Assembly: GCF_000143415.4 (NCBI RefSeq)
Contig: NW_003314360.1
Location: forward strand, 298,435-362,434
From: Selaginella moellendorffii
Taxonomy: Eukaryota; Plantae; Lycopodiophyta
Direction: 5' to 3'
Length of the DNA: 64,000 nucleotides
This document shows, piece after piece, positions 1-11,901 of this stretch (its first letter is position 1; each line of letters begins with the position of its first letter). The notes beneath the pieces were generated by a model. It did no database searches. It was not told where the DNA came from and was given only the letters and a program-made list of their open reading frames with translations. The position numbers and the translations under genes were made by a program.

Positions 1-1200
1 AATGATATTTGATTTGATAGGCCTTTTCCATGATTGATTGTTAACAATGAGTATAATATTATTACCTCCAACTACTTGATTTATTGAGTGGAAGTTAGTG
101 CTTTAACTAATGTGTTTACAATTGTTATTAGATACTTCTTCCTATATTGAATAGTGTTTTAACATTTATGTCTAGAGTAAATTCTCTTAGATAATGATCC
201 TATATTTATGGCTAAGGCATTTTACATTTTAATGTCCTAATTGAGGATATATCACACTTTTATAAGTCTTTATTATCCACAGATGGATGGTTTGATAAAA
301 GAACTCATTTAGACTTTCAAAGGGATGATTATAAAGTATTTGAACTTTCAATATTCAGATTAAGATGGCTTTTTGTTGTCTCTTTGGTATGCATATATCA
401 TACAAATACAAAGTTCTATTGATGTTTCACTATTTAAACTTTTATGTAATCATGATCCAATATTGTTAATAGAGTTGAATTTACCTTTGTGATTGTTATA
501 AGTTGTCAATTTTAGGTCCTAAGATTAGTATTTGACAAACATTCTTCCTTTAGTTCAAGTAGAGTTTGTTGAATGAACACTTAGGCTATGTATAAATAGA
601 ACAACAACAACACTACAACTCTTATCATCATCCACTTATAAAGTACAAAATAAATGATTTAATACTAGTTTATTTTCCTAATTTTACGGTATATGGTTTA
701 TATAAAAGGCTTTTTGCTTAGTGGAAGAGACCATATTAAGTGTTATAACAAGTTGAACTGAAAATTTATGAAATTTAACATGACATTCAATAGGTTAATC
801 CTCCAAAAATTATGTATATACAATGGTTAAAGCACTTTATACAAAAGGATCAAGAATAAATAACACTATCTATAAATCGACTAGTATCATTTCTTAATGT
901 TCTTGTAGATCCTAGCCTATTAATTAAAGAATCCTATCAACCTTTCATCTTTTTGAAAAAAAGGGAATGATGTAAGGTCTAGTGAGTATAACTAAAATGT
1001 TATATATGATTATTAGCATAATGAAATTTGTATAGCTATTAGACTGGTTTCAATATAGACCACTTTATATAGAAGCTAGGGTTTTGGCTTTAATATGTAC
1101 ATTTTTTGTATTTATTTATTTTTATTTAATTTTCAATTTTATTTTAAATATTTATAAATTATTGGAACAAAGACATAATATATTCTTTGAAAAAAACAAC
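1..1200 (+). mobile_element. Highly decayed Ty3/Gypsy 3' end: integrase remnant, PPT and start of 3' LTR
   Basis: Degenerate integrase motifs (DLIGLFP ~11-30; S.YYPQMDGL ~265-295; GPY-like ~725-740). Purine tract aaaaaaagggaatga is followed by tgtaagg at 971. Segment 1068-1112 resembles 38043-38090, the LTR of element A. Strong CpG depletion. Right boundary approximate. Confidence 0.7.
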
Positions 1201-1484
1201 AGATTAGTAAAACTAGCTGATGCAGTTTTGTACTATGAATATATTAACTTACGATAACTAATAATAAAAATGAACTACAAATACTATAGATAGTACCACC
1301 ACAAAATTCACTACAACAGACCATAGAAGGACCAAATTAACATATAAAAGAATAATGATTATAAAAAAACCTAAGAATAAAATTAAATTTATATTCATAT
1401 CAATCATAAAACATTTTAGCTCATATAAATATAAAGAAAAGTAATCATACAAAAAAGGGTAAGGTTTAACTTTCATAAATTTAA

Positions 1485-2540
1485 TATAAGCAACTAACTT
1501 TTCCATTTTACTTTAGTCATTTATCCCACCAAAGACCACTTAGAAAAGTTTCACTCACAACTTCTTAGTCACCTAAAGATACTATTAACATACCAAGCTT
1601 TTATACTAAAACCCCATTCTCACTATCTTATTAGTAATTGAAGATCATTCATACTATGGTCATGTCTTTTAAAGATTAAACTATCCGTTCATAAGTGCTC
1701 ATTGTATAACCACTCTTTAACATTTAATACCCCAAGAGATAGGGAAATATTCATTATCCTCTAATATCCTTTATTTGATCTCACAAAGTTCCTCTTCATC
1801 CATGGTAGTGTTCATTAACATTGCTATTAGATCAAGGCCTAAAAACCCATCTAGTATATCCCATTAATCTTTCAGACTTTCTTACCACATAATTATACTT
1901 TTAGTTATTAAGTAAGAAGACCATTCTTTTTTCTTTCCACAATCAAGGATTTTAGGATGACATTTCAAAACACTACAGTCTAATATGAGCCTTATGAGTA
2001 CTGTCCTCATTTTTTGCCACTAGAGTGCCCTAACCATATAAGTAGAGTGAGATTTTAATGAACCACGTAAGGTATCTAAGTAGGTAGTGTGACCCATATT
2101 TAAATTGAGAGCATTGACCATTTAATCTCCCAAATAAACTTTTGAACGCTTCATTAAATCACTTTATTTATCCATATGTATTTACTTTAGCATTGGATTC
2201 CTCAATATTTATATTATGCCCTCCCCCTATTATCCTATAAAGATATATGAAACCTCTTAGGGTTTGGGAGACAAACAAGCTTTTACCCTTCGAATCTAAA
2301 ACCTATTCTCAAACCTAATCTTAGACTCAATCTTGGACTTAATCTCTCATACTCAATCTCAAACCTATCTTGGATTGATTTTCTAAAGATTCTAAAGATT
2401 TTAAAGATTCACTTATCCATCATTTTGTGATTGTTCCTCAAGCATTTCTTTAAAAATTCCACTTTCACTCTTGACTTTTCAAATTGAAGCTTTTGATCCA
2501 AATATATTCACTTATTGAATTTTTGTTATGGCCACTTTTA
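1485..2540. mobile_element. Old, deaminated copy of the solo-LTR family seen at 44773-46395
   Basis: tataagcaactaacttttccattttactttagtc (1485) matches tgtaagcgactaaattttccattctactttagtc (44773). 2461-2536 matches 46264-46341. Differences are mostly C>T/G>A. Confidence 0.8.
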
Positions 2541-4305
2541 GCTGACTTAGGAAGCATTCTTAAGGGATATTTTAATTTTTCTTTTATAAATGGATAAGTT
2601 TTCCATCATTTACATAAAGTGAACTCCTTAGGATTTAAACAACAAAAAATGATCACAGTCATTGACTAGTTTCTCAACTAGCTCAAGTGGGAACTAATAA
2701 TGAGTCCAACAATATCAACCTTCTTGACAAAATAAAAAGGAATTTTATTTAGATAATATATTTTTGTTTCTAGTATTGAGATTCATTGACTTAGCTATTT
2801 TTTATTTCTCCTTTTATTCATTTTATAATTATATATACTTTAGCTAGCTCATTGACTCTGTAAAAGGAAAATAAGATCATAAAAGAATATTCAACTTACT
2901 GGCAAGGTTTTTGAAAATTTTGAAAGGAAACACAAAAGTTTAACATTGAGATACTCAAATTTTTACCTAGCTTAATTCCTAAAGCTGCTTAACCTGTTAG
3001 ATTCCCATGGAGTCCAAGAGGAGTAAGAGACCTCTTGTTGCAGGATTGGGACAACTCTCCACTTGCTTCGAAATATAAAATGAATAATATGACAAGTGGA
3101 AACAGAAGAAAAAACAAACCATCCAAATCTGATTATACCTATCTTCAAGATGTCTACAAAAAGTTAAAGCATCACTAGAAAAACATACCTAATACTCACC
3201 TCAAACAAGGATTCAATGTTCAGCCTGATCCAAAGACAGTACCTTATTGCTTCTAGGTGCCAAACGACGAAATGAATGGAACATTTCCAGAGGCAGTAGC
3301 AGCAAGGCACACACTCAGAGAATTTCGCTGCTTGCTGCCTTGTCCACTCATTGTCACGCCTGTCCAATAGCTCGCTTGGAGATAGAGATCAAACCTTGGA
3401 GGTTTTCTCTTTCCATCATAATCTCTATAGAAGAACGTTGCTCAGACGAGATACTTGTTGCACAGCACCACTACCCACACCTGGCCTCGAGAATCTGTGA
3501 AACCTTTAGAAGATCTTGAGAAAAAATGAATGGAAAGTGAGGCGAGAGCTTACTCGCATCATGCACTAGGATAAGACCGCCAATGAGGAGGAGCGCCAAC
3601 GCCATTCTCTAGCATGTTATGTGGCACATCACTTGCCACATAAGCCAAGATTGCCAGTCTGTGAAAACATTTCTTATAATTATATCATTGAAGTTTTATT
3701 AATATTGAATGAGAAATCGAGGATTTCTCTAGTGTCAGATCATCACCACCATAGCAGCAGTAGCAATCACCTAGATGACACCAACAAGCTGACCTTCACA
3801 GCTCCAAAGAGCCTGCTAGGAGAGCTGTGGTGGATTTACTCAGGAGGAAGCTGGAAGAGGAGAAGGAGCAACTTTCCAAGGCAGTGTATGATACCAAAGC
3901 TATGACACTGAACAGCCTTCACACGGGTCTCCCCAGCGTGTTCCAGTTGTTGTCGGGCTTCAAAAGCATTTGCTCCCAGGCCTCCCAGTTGCTCTACCAC
4001 AACACTCGTGACATTCAACAAGGAGGAAGCTAGTGCCATGATCTAGAGAAGGAAGCTTGTAATGATCCAGAGGAAGGTTGCAGCTATTCACCATGGTCTA
4101 GAGAAGAAAGCTCGCAGCTATTCACCGTATTCTCGAGGAGGAAGTTCGCATCTATTCGCCATGATCTAGAGCTCAAGGAGGAGGAGTTTTTGCCACAATC
4201 TGTTTCACTAGCTAAGTAAATGTTATGAGTATATACTCACGAATAAGCAAATCTTCCCGCTTTATTTTATCTAGGGTTCTTGGGATAGGGTTTTGGGGAG
4301 CTCCG

Positions 4306-6131
4306 CTATGCTCTGCGGCACACCCTAGCATCCGTGAAGACTAAACCAGGTTTGCACAGGAATCCTCTCTCCGGCGCGCAATGTCTGTCCTCCTTGCACA
4401 GGCACAGGCCCTCGAGCGCGCAGTAATCGCGGTAGACCGAGGCGTTTTGCTTGATCCCGAGCACGGCGTCGGACCACTCGCTGGAGAAGTATCCGTCGGG
4501 ATCGTAACGCTGGCGGACCTCGAGGAATTTGGCCAGGTTTGTGACTCGAGAGCCCATGTCCTCGAACATCGCGTTTTTGTTCTTCCCCCAGTGTGGCCTG
4601 CCTTTGTATTTCTTGAGCAGCATTTGCTCGATCTCATCCGTCGCGTCCTGGTCCAGCCGGGGCATGTTTTGCCGGCGGTCTCTGAAGTAGAGCAGCTCGA
4701 ATGCAACTGAGTCCTCGGGCTCCGCGAGGTAGGCCGTGGATCCTTTGATGAATCTGAGCTGTGCTCCGCCATAGATATTTGCACCGCAGAGCTTGGTTGG
4801 GTCCATTCCATCGCGGATCTTCTTTATGTCTTGGATGGCTTCGTTGATCCTGGAGAGTGGGATTGCTAGGGATGTCTGGAAGTAGAATTGTCCAGGAACG
4901 TCGGGGTCCCAGTAGCATGTTAGCCTCTCCCCGGATGCTGATCGTGTGTTGTTTAGTGCAGTGTTTTGGCAGCCTCCAGCGGTTTGGAGCTGGTGATTAA
5001 ATCCCACGACTGGATATCCGCGAAAGGTATTGCTCCTGTCATTCACCAGGCCATCTCCGCTCGAGACTCGGTTCTCAACCCCGTTTAGTGATTGTTGGCA
5101 GACGAAGGAAGCGTTCATCTGGGACATGAAGTTCTCCTCTACGTACAAGAATCACAATTTCAACGTAAGGTGAGAACTCTGATTTTTATGAGGTGTTGGA
5201 GCTTACCTCGGACTCTAGACTGTCTTACGTTTGTCTCTGGAGCAGGATCATTGCCAGCGTTCCTTCCCTCGCCAGGGGTACTTGCCGAGACCTTGTTGTC
5301 TACCCTCAGCAGGATCTTCTTCTGAGAGATGTACCAGTTGATATCCCCAAACGCATACCTGCTTGCGAATCCAGCAACGTCATTCTCGAGGGTGCTGTCG
5401 TCGCGGGCCTGCTTGGTGATGGAGCGCTTGAACATCGGCTCCACGTCGAGCGTGACCGTGGATATGGCTCCAAGGACGCCAATAGACAGCTTGGCTGCAT
5501 TCAGGTCCGGGCTTGATTTCCCAAGTTTGATGACTTTGGCATAGCCTTGCTCCCTTGATGCAGGAACGACGATAGTGATTCCGGAGACATAGTCATGCAC
5601 TGCTCCACCTTTCCCAAGCAGACTGCTGCCGTGCGAGCCCGTGCTTATTACTCCGGCGATTGATAGACCGTTGAAGTAAGGCGTACAGGGCAGTGCCAGA
5701 TTCTGCGCAGCTAGCCTCGCCAGGAGATCTTGAAGCTGGACTCCTGCGTCGGCGGTGACGGTCATAGCGTTGCTGTCGATGACAATTCTCGAGTCATACC
5801 TGCTGGTGCTAATCAGGAGTCCGGAGCTTCCTCCTGGACATGCGGCGCGAACGAGGCTGTGAGAGAGCTTGCTCACAACCTTGATCTTCTGCCTCTGCTG
5901 CACACCGCTTGCAACCGCGGCAACGAGCTCAGCTTCGGTGGTTGGGTAAGCCACATTTGCTACACCGCACAAAGCTCTCTCATACCAGATCCCTTGATAG
6001 TTTTGCAGGGTGCAGGCACTGCTCCCGCTCCCGCAGCTGATTGGGAGAATTGCTACCGCGGAGCTGCAGCAGAGAAGCAGGATCATCACCCACACACCTG
6101 GAAGAACACTCCATGCTCTGGTCAGCCTCAT
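4306..6131 (-). CDS. GULLO: L-gulonolactone oxidase-like FAD-linked oxidase (GULLO / D-arabinono-1,4-lactone oxidase family), secreted, ~585 aa
   Basis: Two exons, 6131-5207 and 5138-4306, with a 68-nt GT-AG intron that joins in frame. N-terminal signal peptide. FAD-binding motifs YPTTEAELV and GVISTGSHGSSL. C-terminal RPHWGKN and Cys-rich CALEGLCLC...C tail typical of plant GULLOs. Confidence 0.92.
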
Positions 6132-7545
6132 TGCGGTGCTGGTCGCTGCTGTGGAAGCATACAAACAAGTAAGTGATTTTCTCTTTTCTATATGTTTGTA
6201 GCCGAGCTGAGCTTTCGTTTTATGTAGCTGGCTGGCAGCCTGACTGGACCGGCTGGCTCGACGTCGCTTATCCATTCTGAGGCGTATAAAAAGCTGACTT
6301 TTACAGGCAAAAGCGTGTGGGGGCCAAAGAACTCTACGGAGATAAGAACACTTAAATGACAGGAAGAACTCTAGAGCGTCAAGGAACTCATGCTCTTCAT
6401 AAGGATTTCCATCCAGAAGCGGAGGATATACAGTCGCTGTTGAGTGGTGGATTGTGACAATCACCGATCAAACAAAAGGGATTCGGATTCTTGCTTTCAG
6501 TTGGCGTAAGCAACTGGAAATTCTGCAAGCGGTCAGGAAGTGGACGATGGCTGTGGCTGGCCGCCGGGTTGCTCGCTTGCAGAAACAGCGACACAATCTT
6601 TGAGAACACGCGAGATTCGAAGTCATGGCTCTCGCGTATCGAATGTCGTGCACGGCCGTAAAGACTCGCTCGTTTTCTATGTGGAGCTTCCTTCCAGGAA
6701 ACTTGGAAAGTGCCGCTTACATTAATTACTGAGCTTTGTATTTTGCAATTCAAAGAATAATCAAAATGATTTTCATTAGAATGGGAAATTTAAAGGCGAA
6801 AGTGCGTTTAAATCAATTTCTAAGCTAATTTCTAGAGGATGGCATTAGAATATCACACCCAGAAGTAAATTTAATTTTGGAGTGATAAAATTATCATGCA
6901 GAACAAATTGAGATGATACTTTATAAAGGTGTGGTTCCATCCCAGAGTAACATGATCTCTTGGATTTTTACAAGTAGTGCTATTTGTTTGTCTACAGCCA
7001 CAAAGTGCTAAACTTTTGCAGTGATATTCATTTCCAGATATACCAAAGGCACTGTTGATAGCGATGCATCACATAATCAGTTACTGCATACCAATTAAAA
7101 TTATATAAAATAGGTTGATAATGAATATTAATATCAACTACATCCTGTTAAAAGTTTTAAATACATTTGCAACCTCAACAACACATCCAAGATTATCATG
7201 ATGTATACCAATAGCATTAGTAAATTATGATATATAGCTTGGAGCACAATATGAACGAAAAAAGTTCATCACTAAAAACTTTCTTGCTCCAAATTTATAT
7301 AAACTCAGAATATTAGATTTAATTCCCAATATCACTGATGGAATAGTAGTATTAACAAAATATGTAAAATTTGGCATCATATAATTAATATCATTACCCC
7401 CATTTCACTAAAATTAGCTTCATCCAAATGATCTTTTACTTGTTTGTGCAGGTAATATGTGAGTGTGTAGCAAAAGAATGAGGATATAAAGAAGGTGGAC
7501 AAACTGTAGCTCCAGTATGACCAAAATTCAAATTTGTGAAATAAA

Positions 7546-7800
7546 TTAACTATTATATGTTAAACTAGAACATGTAAAATCACTAAGTTTCAGACCACGA
7601 GTCAAAAAATCAATAAACAAATATCCATCACTAAGTCTCCCAGTAGGCTTTCCAATTGTCATTCCATATGGAAGATGTCCAGAAAGGCTTAAACCACCGG
7701 CTTCTGAATTCAGATTGCGAGTGTTTGATAGTGAATCAGTAAAACTAGAGATCACAATTGGATATATATTAAATTGAAAGCTACGTGTGTGTGCTTTCAT
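7546..7800 (-). pseudogene. GDSL esterase/lipase remnant
   Basis: Motifs SSFTDSLSNT (degenerate FGDSLxDT) and PYGMTIGKPTGRLSDGYLFIDFL. Downstream sequence is AT-rich and decayed. Confidence 0.75.
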
Positions 7801-8149
7801 TTTTATTTCATTGTTGATGTTTTTACATTAAAGGTTTTTAAATTATGCACTCAATAATTTAGAATTAAATCTACCTTATAATTCGAGTAAGAGGTAATAA
7901 TGGCTTTCTGATCGTATGCAAGCTTGTAGAGTCCTGTCTTTGATACTTTTCAGGGCCGAAATCTTTTCCGTATTTGTACACTGAACTCGTTTGACAGCGG
8001 ACAAATTGTGTCGAGGCTGAGAAGCAGGCATATGTCAGGAACTGCAATTAAGCAAGTGGTTCAGGTTAACGTTACCACTTAAGAACGAAGGCCTCCAGAT
8101 CTCTCATCCCCAAATTCACAGCCAAAGCATTTCATCATTGAAATTCTGC

Positions 8150-8839
8150 TTTTTGCTATGCTTAAGCTTCAAGAATCTTGCAGCCTTACCAAAAGACGAG
8201 CTTTTCCAATTCGACCGACACCTTTACTTCCAACACTTCCATGTCTTTGACCTTGTTATCATCGTCAAACTCCACCCAGGGAACTCCAATGTCACTCGCG
8301 AAGTGCTGCGGTGCATACACTAATGCAGCTCCATGAACCCAGCGGTCTCACAGCTTCTGCTTGGAAAGCTTGACAACCTTTTCCAATGGAATGAAGTGAT
8401 TGAAATAGAGTAAAGCCCGAGTCGTGTTAAGTGGAATGCAGTCCTCAGGATTCCATTTGCCTCCAAGCAAGTGCTGCAAGTAGTCAAAGTACGAGTCGCA
8501 GGAATGCCGCTGTTCGTGCACACTCGTGCATTGCCACGAGAAGAATGATCCTAGCGACCAGCTCGCCCCTCTCCCGTTCTACAACGCAAACTTCTCTATA
8601 GCGGGACGCAGATATCTGTGATTGTGCATAAGCCGTGCCGCTGCCCCAACACGGCTCCACTGACACTTAATGTGATCATTCGTCATCGCACGTCGCCACG
8701 AAGCCTGCCACGAAACATGAGTCGGAGAACAGCTGCGGTCCGATAGAGGCCATGAACAAGGCAGCAGCCTGTTCCTGCGACAGCGCTTGCTGGGGAACGA
8801 TTTTCTTACGACAGCGATCAGCCAGCTTATACTTTGCGA
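8150..8839 (-). pseudogene. C-terminal half of a Crinkler-related NTPase + PD-(D/E)xK nuclease-like gene (gene X)
   Basis: Fragments across frames, in order: FAKYKL, SVEP, ERGELVARIILLVA, LYFNHFIPL, GAALVC, DIGVPW...LEVK. This is the motif series I recognise from fungal/lycophyte CR-NTPase-REase proteins. Frameshifts and stops are present. Confidence 0.6.
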
Positions 8840-9150
8840 ATCCCACGCTCTGCCCACAGAGAAAAGAATCCATACTTCTCGGATTACCACGGGAGTGAAC
8901 TTAACACAGGTTCCAGCTCCAACGTCGTCAAGACAAACAAAGCCCACATGGTGATTTTCATAGTTCCCAAGCTCTTGGATTTGTGCTTTATGAGAGAAGA
9001 GTTTCTGGTTTCAGTCGAGAAGCTGGAAATCAGGTACGCGAGAAAGGCCTGCTGGCTGCTCGAGTGTAAATGGAAGGAACTGCCACCATTAGGATGAGTC
9101 GCCGTTCATGCTTAGGATTGCTGTGAAGCATGATAGACTTTGAACATTGC
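8840..9150 (-). pseudogene. N-terminal part of a paralogue of the orphan membrane protein at 15996-17537 (gene Y), inside an inversion
   Basis: Near-identical nucleotide and peptide match (FTAILSMNGDSS; GFVCLDDVGAGTCVKFTPVVIR; KYGFFSLW) to 17070-17445, with deletions. Confidence 0.9.
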
Positions 9151-9399
9151 CCTCGTGAACTGGGATCAATGTACCTGTTATCACAACGAGAAGGGATTCC
9201 CCTTTGTCCTGATATCTGCCCAACTAATTTGGATTTTGCTTCTAAGTATTCAGAAGATGAAACTCGGTCAGCTTCGCCATGCACGATGGATCGAAAATGA
9301 TGGATTGGTGGGGTACTGAAGATTTGCCTCACGGAAACTTTGATGTCAAGTTATTGTGCAATTCGCAGTTCGATCAATCCTTTTCATAGCTCAAAGTAT

Positions 9400-10150
9400 C
9401 AGGTACGAAGGCTGCCCGCTGAGACGGCTGCATTGTGCCAGATCCCATGAGGGCCTATCGTGTTGTGCCACGGCTCGATCAGCCAGTGATCTCGGAGAAA
9501 ATCGATGGTGTGTGGATTGGAAGCAAGCGTTTCTCGGCCATGACAAGTTATCTGCTCTCTAAACTTGATGCTTACACCGCAGCTTGGGGCAGAACGGTTC
9601 AAGTTTCAAGGACCCTTTGCCCGGAGCAGTGGCTGGGGGAAATCGTTCATGGTGTGCAGCCTGCGCAACTCTGGCGTGTTTGTGATTTACTGTTCCTTCA
9701 TGCGTGAAGGTTCCACCGGGTATCCACCGAGGTCCGCTCTAGCTCCGTGTATTGAGGGCGTGGTGACGGCATTGCGCATCTGATCGCTCGCGAGCTGGCT
9801 GCGTCCAGGTTGACAGCCGTTGAATGGTGCGAGCAGCAACTCTTGTTCTCGGAAATCCACAAGTCCATACTGGAAGGTTTCATAGGAAGGATGATCTTGG
9901 TAGTTTCCAGTGTTTCGAAGGGCACCGGGTCTTATGCCAACCGGCGCTTAAAAGCTCAAGCAACTCGGCCTCGAGAGTTATCAGCCACTGACCACCTCGA
10001 GAGCTAGATACGCGCGGTGGCACCTAGAGATGTCTTCAGCAAGGTTTCACCATGGTCTTAAGGTAAACTCGACGTTACTGAGCACGAGAACCTGTTCAAG
10101 CATAGGAAGCTGTTGACATCCAAGCTTACTGGAGACATGAAAGTGGAGAT
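9400..10150 (+). pseudogene. N-terminal P-loop NTPase half of gene X, inside the inversion
   Basis: GPFARSSGWGKSFMVCSL...VFVIYCSF...STGYPPRS (Walker A plus the GYPPR motif) at ~9610-9740. Frameshifted. Walker B region apparently deleted. Confidence 0.65.
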
Positions 10151-11110
10151 ACTGAGCAACACTGTTGGATCCACAGTGTTGACCCTTCCCAACTGGAACA
10201 TGCACATCCAGAAGTCAAGTGGGATGACTTTGAGAAGCATCGATCTCAATCACGCTAATGCGATCAGCAAAGGCATGGAGCTGGGGAAGGTTTGGACCCA
10301 TCGACGACTTTCATAGTCAAGACAGCTCCGGAAGCAGCAGGATTCGACATGTCCGAGTGCGAGTCGACCACGGAGAAAGCTTTGCCTGCTTGGAGCTCCT
10401 CAAGCAACAATTCGATTTCCTCATCTGTTGACTTGAGGACCACCGCTACTTTCGTCGACGTTCTGGGATCGTTCATGTCTCACGTCAAGAACTCTTACAT
10501 TCAAGCGCGGAACTCAGCCCTGGATCTCCATCATCCGGCCTCAGATTTCTGGGTGGCAGCAGTGGCTCTTCCCAGTGCTGTGGTGGGAACAGCCGTGCCT
10601 TTCATCAATCTCCAGATCAAGCTCTTCAAGAACTTGACAAGTTTTCAGCAATGGAAGACGATGATGCTGTGTGTGAGCAATTATATTCTCTCGGTAGCAT
10701 CTTACTCTGCTGTGCTTGCTATGATCCCCGCCGAGATTCAGAAGGCAGAGAGGAAGTTTGCGACCTGGGGACTGCTCGCTGACCAAGTTCCAATCACAAG
10801 GCAAGGGCTCAAGTTCTTGTTGTTGTCAAGGCTGAGTCGGTCTATAAATCCGGCAGCCTCATATTGGCATGGTCCTCCACTGTGATCCATGTTCCACTAG
10901 TCGCGTGCATAACATTCTATAGATGCAAGCAAGTATTCTCCAGGAGGTGGCTTCTTAAGGTAACGAGCACGCTGGAAGACGAACAGCTCCTTGATCTTTA
11001 AGCCAGCTCGGTGGAGCAGCAGCGGCTGGAGAGGAAGCTCGAGGCAGTCAAAAGTTCAGAAAGAAGGGACAACCAGCTACAGAAGATGAGAACTTACAAA
11101 TCACTCTCGT
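10151..11110 (+). pseudogene. C-terminal part of the gene Y paralogue
   Basis: LSNTVGSTVLTLPNWNMHI...HPASDFWVAAVALPSA...EQQRLERKLEAV...KSLS is collinear with the C-terminal two thirds of the 513-aa ORF. Several frameshifts. Confidence 0.9.
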
Positions 11111-11322
11111 TGACCGGGTTGGACTCTATTTGCTGCTTTGAGTCTTGGTCCTTCCCTTCATTTATCTCCAGAAAGCTCGTGCATTTCTTTCTTCAATTTT
11201 CTCTCCAGAAAAGAGTACGGCGCGCGAACAGTGGAACACATCCCTCCCATATATGCCCGTGCATATTAGTCGATATCACTCCGGAGATTGATAGGCTGCT
11301 TGTTAGCCTTGGGGGTGGCCAT

Positions 11323-11690
11323 TGCTGTGAAGCATACAAACAAGTATTTTCTATACGATTGTATAGCCGAGCTGACTGGCTGGACGTTACTTATCGTGTA
11401 TAAAAAACTATGTGAAGGCCAAAAACTCTACGAAGATAAGAACACACGTAAGTGCTAGATCGCCAAGAAGAAATGTCAAGCCCCGAACGGATTTCCATCC
11501 AGAAGTGGACAATATTACAGTCGCTGCCCAGTGGTGGACCGTGAGCGAGGACGACAATCACCGATCAAACAAAGGGGATAATTTTTCAGTTTAAGAAACT
11601 GGAAACTGGAAATGCTGCGAGCTGTCGGCTCATGGCTGCCTCGCTCTCTCCCTCGCGGAAACAGTGACACCATCTCTAGCCACGACTGTT
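11323..11690. repeat. Duplicated copy of the GULLO 5' UTR/promoter region (6146-~6600)
   Basis: Shared collinear blocks in the same orientation: gaagcatacaaacaagta, tagccgagctga, actctacg.agataagaacac, ggatttccatccagaag, caatcaccgatcaaacaaa.ggg. Confidence 0.8.
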
Positions 11691-11901
11691 ACTAAACCAT
11701 GTAATTTTTTTTATCCCAGAAGATATACCAGCCCAAATATTCTTCTGTTGGCATATTTGCTAGGATAGATGCTTATATTCTAGTGATGATGCGTTAAAGC
11801 TAGTGGTGCCAGCACATTGCAGAGCTATCGAAATTCTGGACAACATTCTTCACAAGTGTCGTCTCTTTGAGATCTTACTTTCCTTCTTCTTCCTTCTCGA
11901 C

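Noticed and set aside
3000-4250. Short ORFs and degenerate tctagag.aggaag repeats
   Set aside because: No recognisable family or consistent exon structure; cannot be supported.
5160-6464. 434-aa ORF taken as the full N-terminus of GULLO
   Set aside because: The first ~110 codons are promoter/UTR (duplicated elsewhere with indels). The signal peptide starts at ATG 6131.
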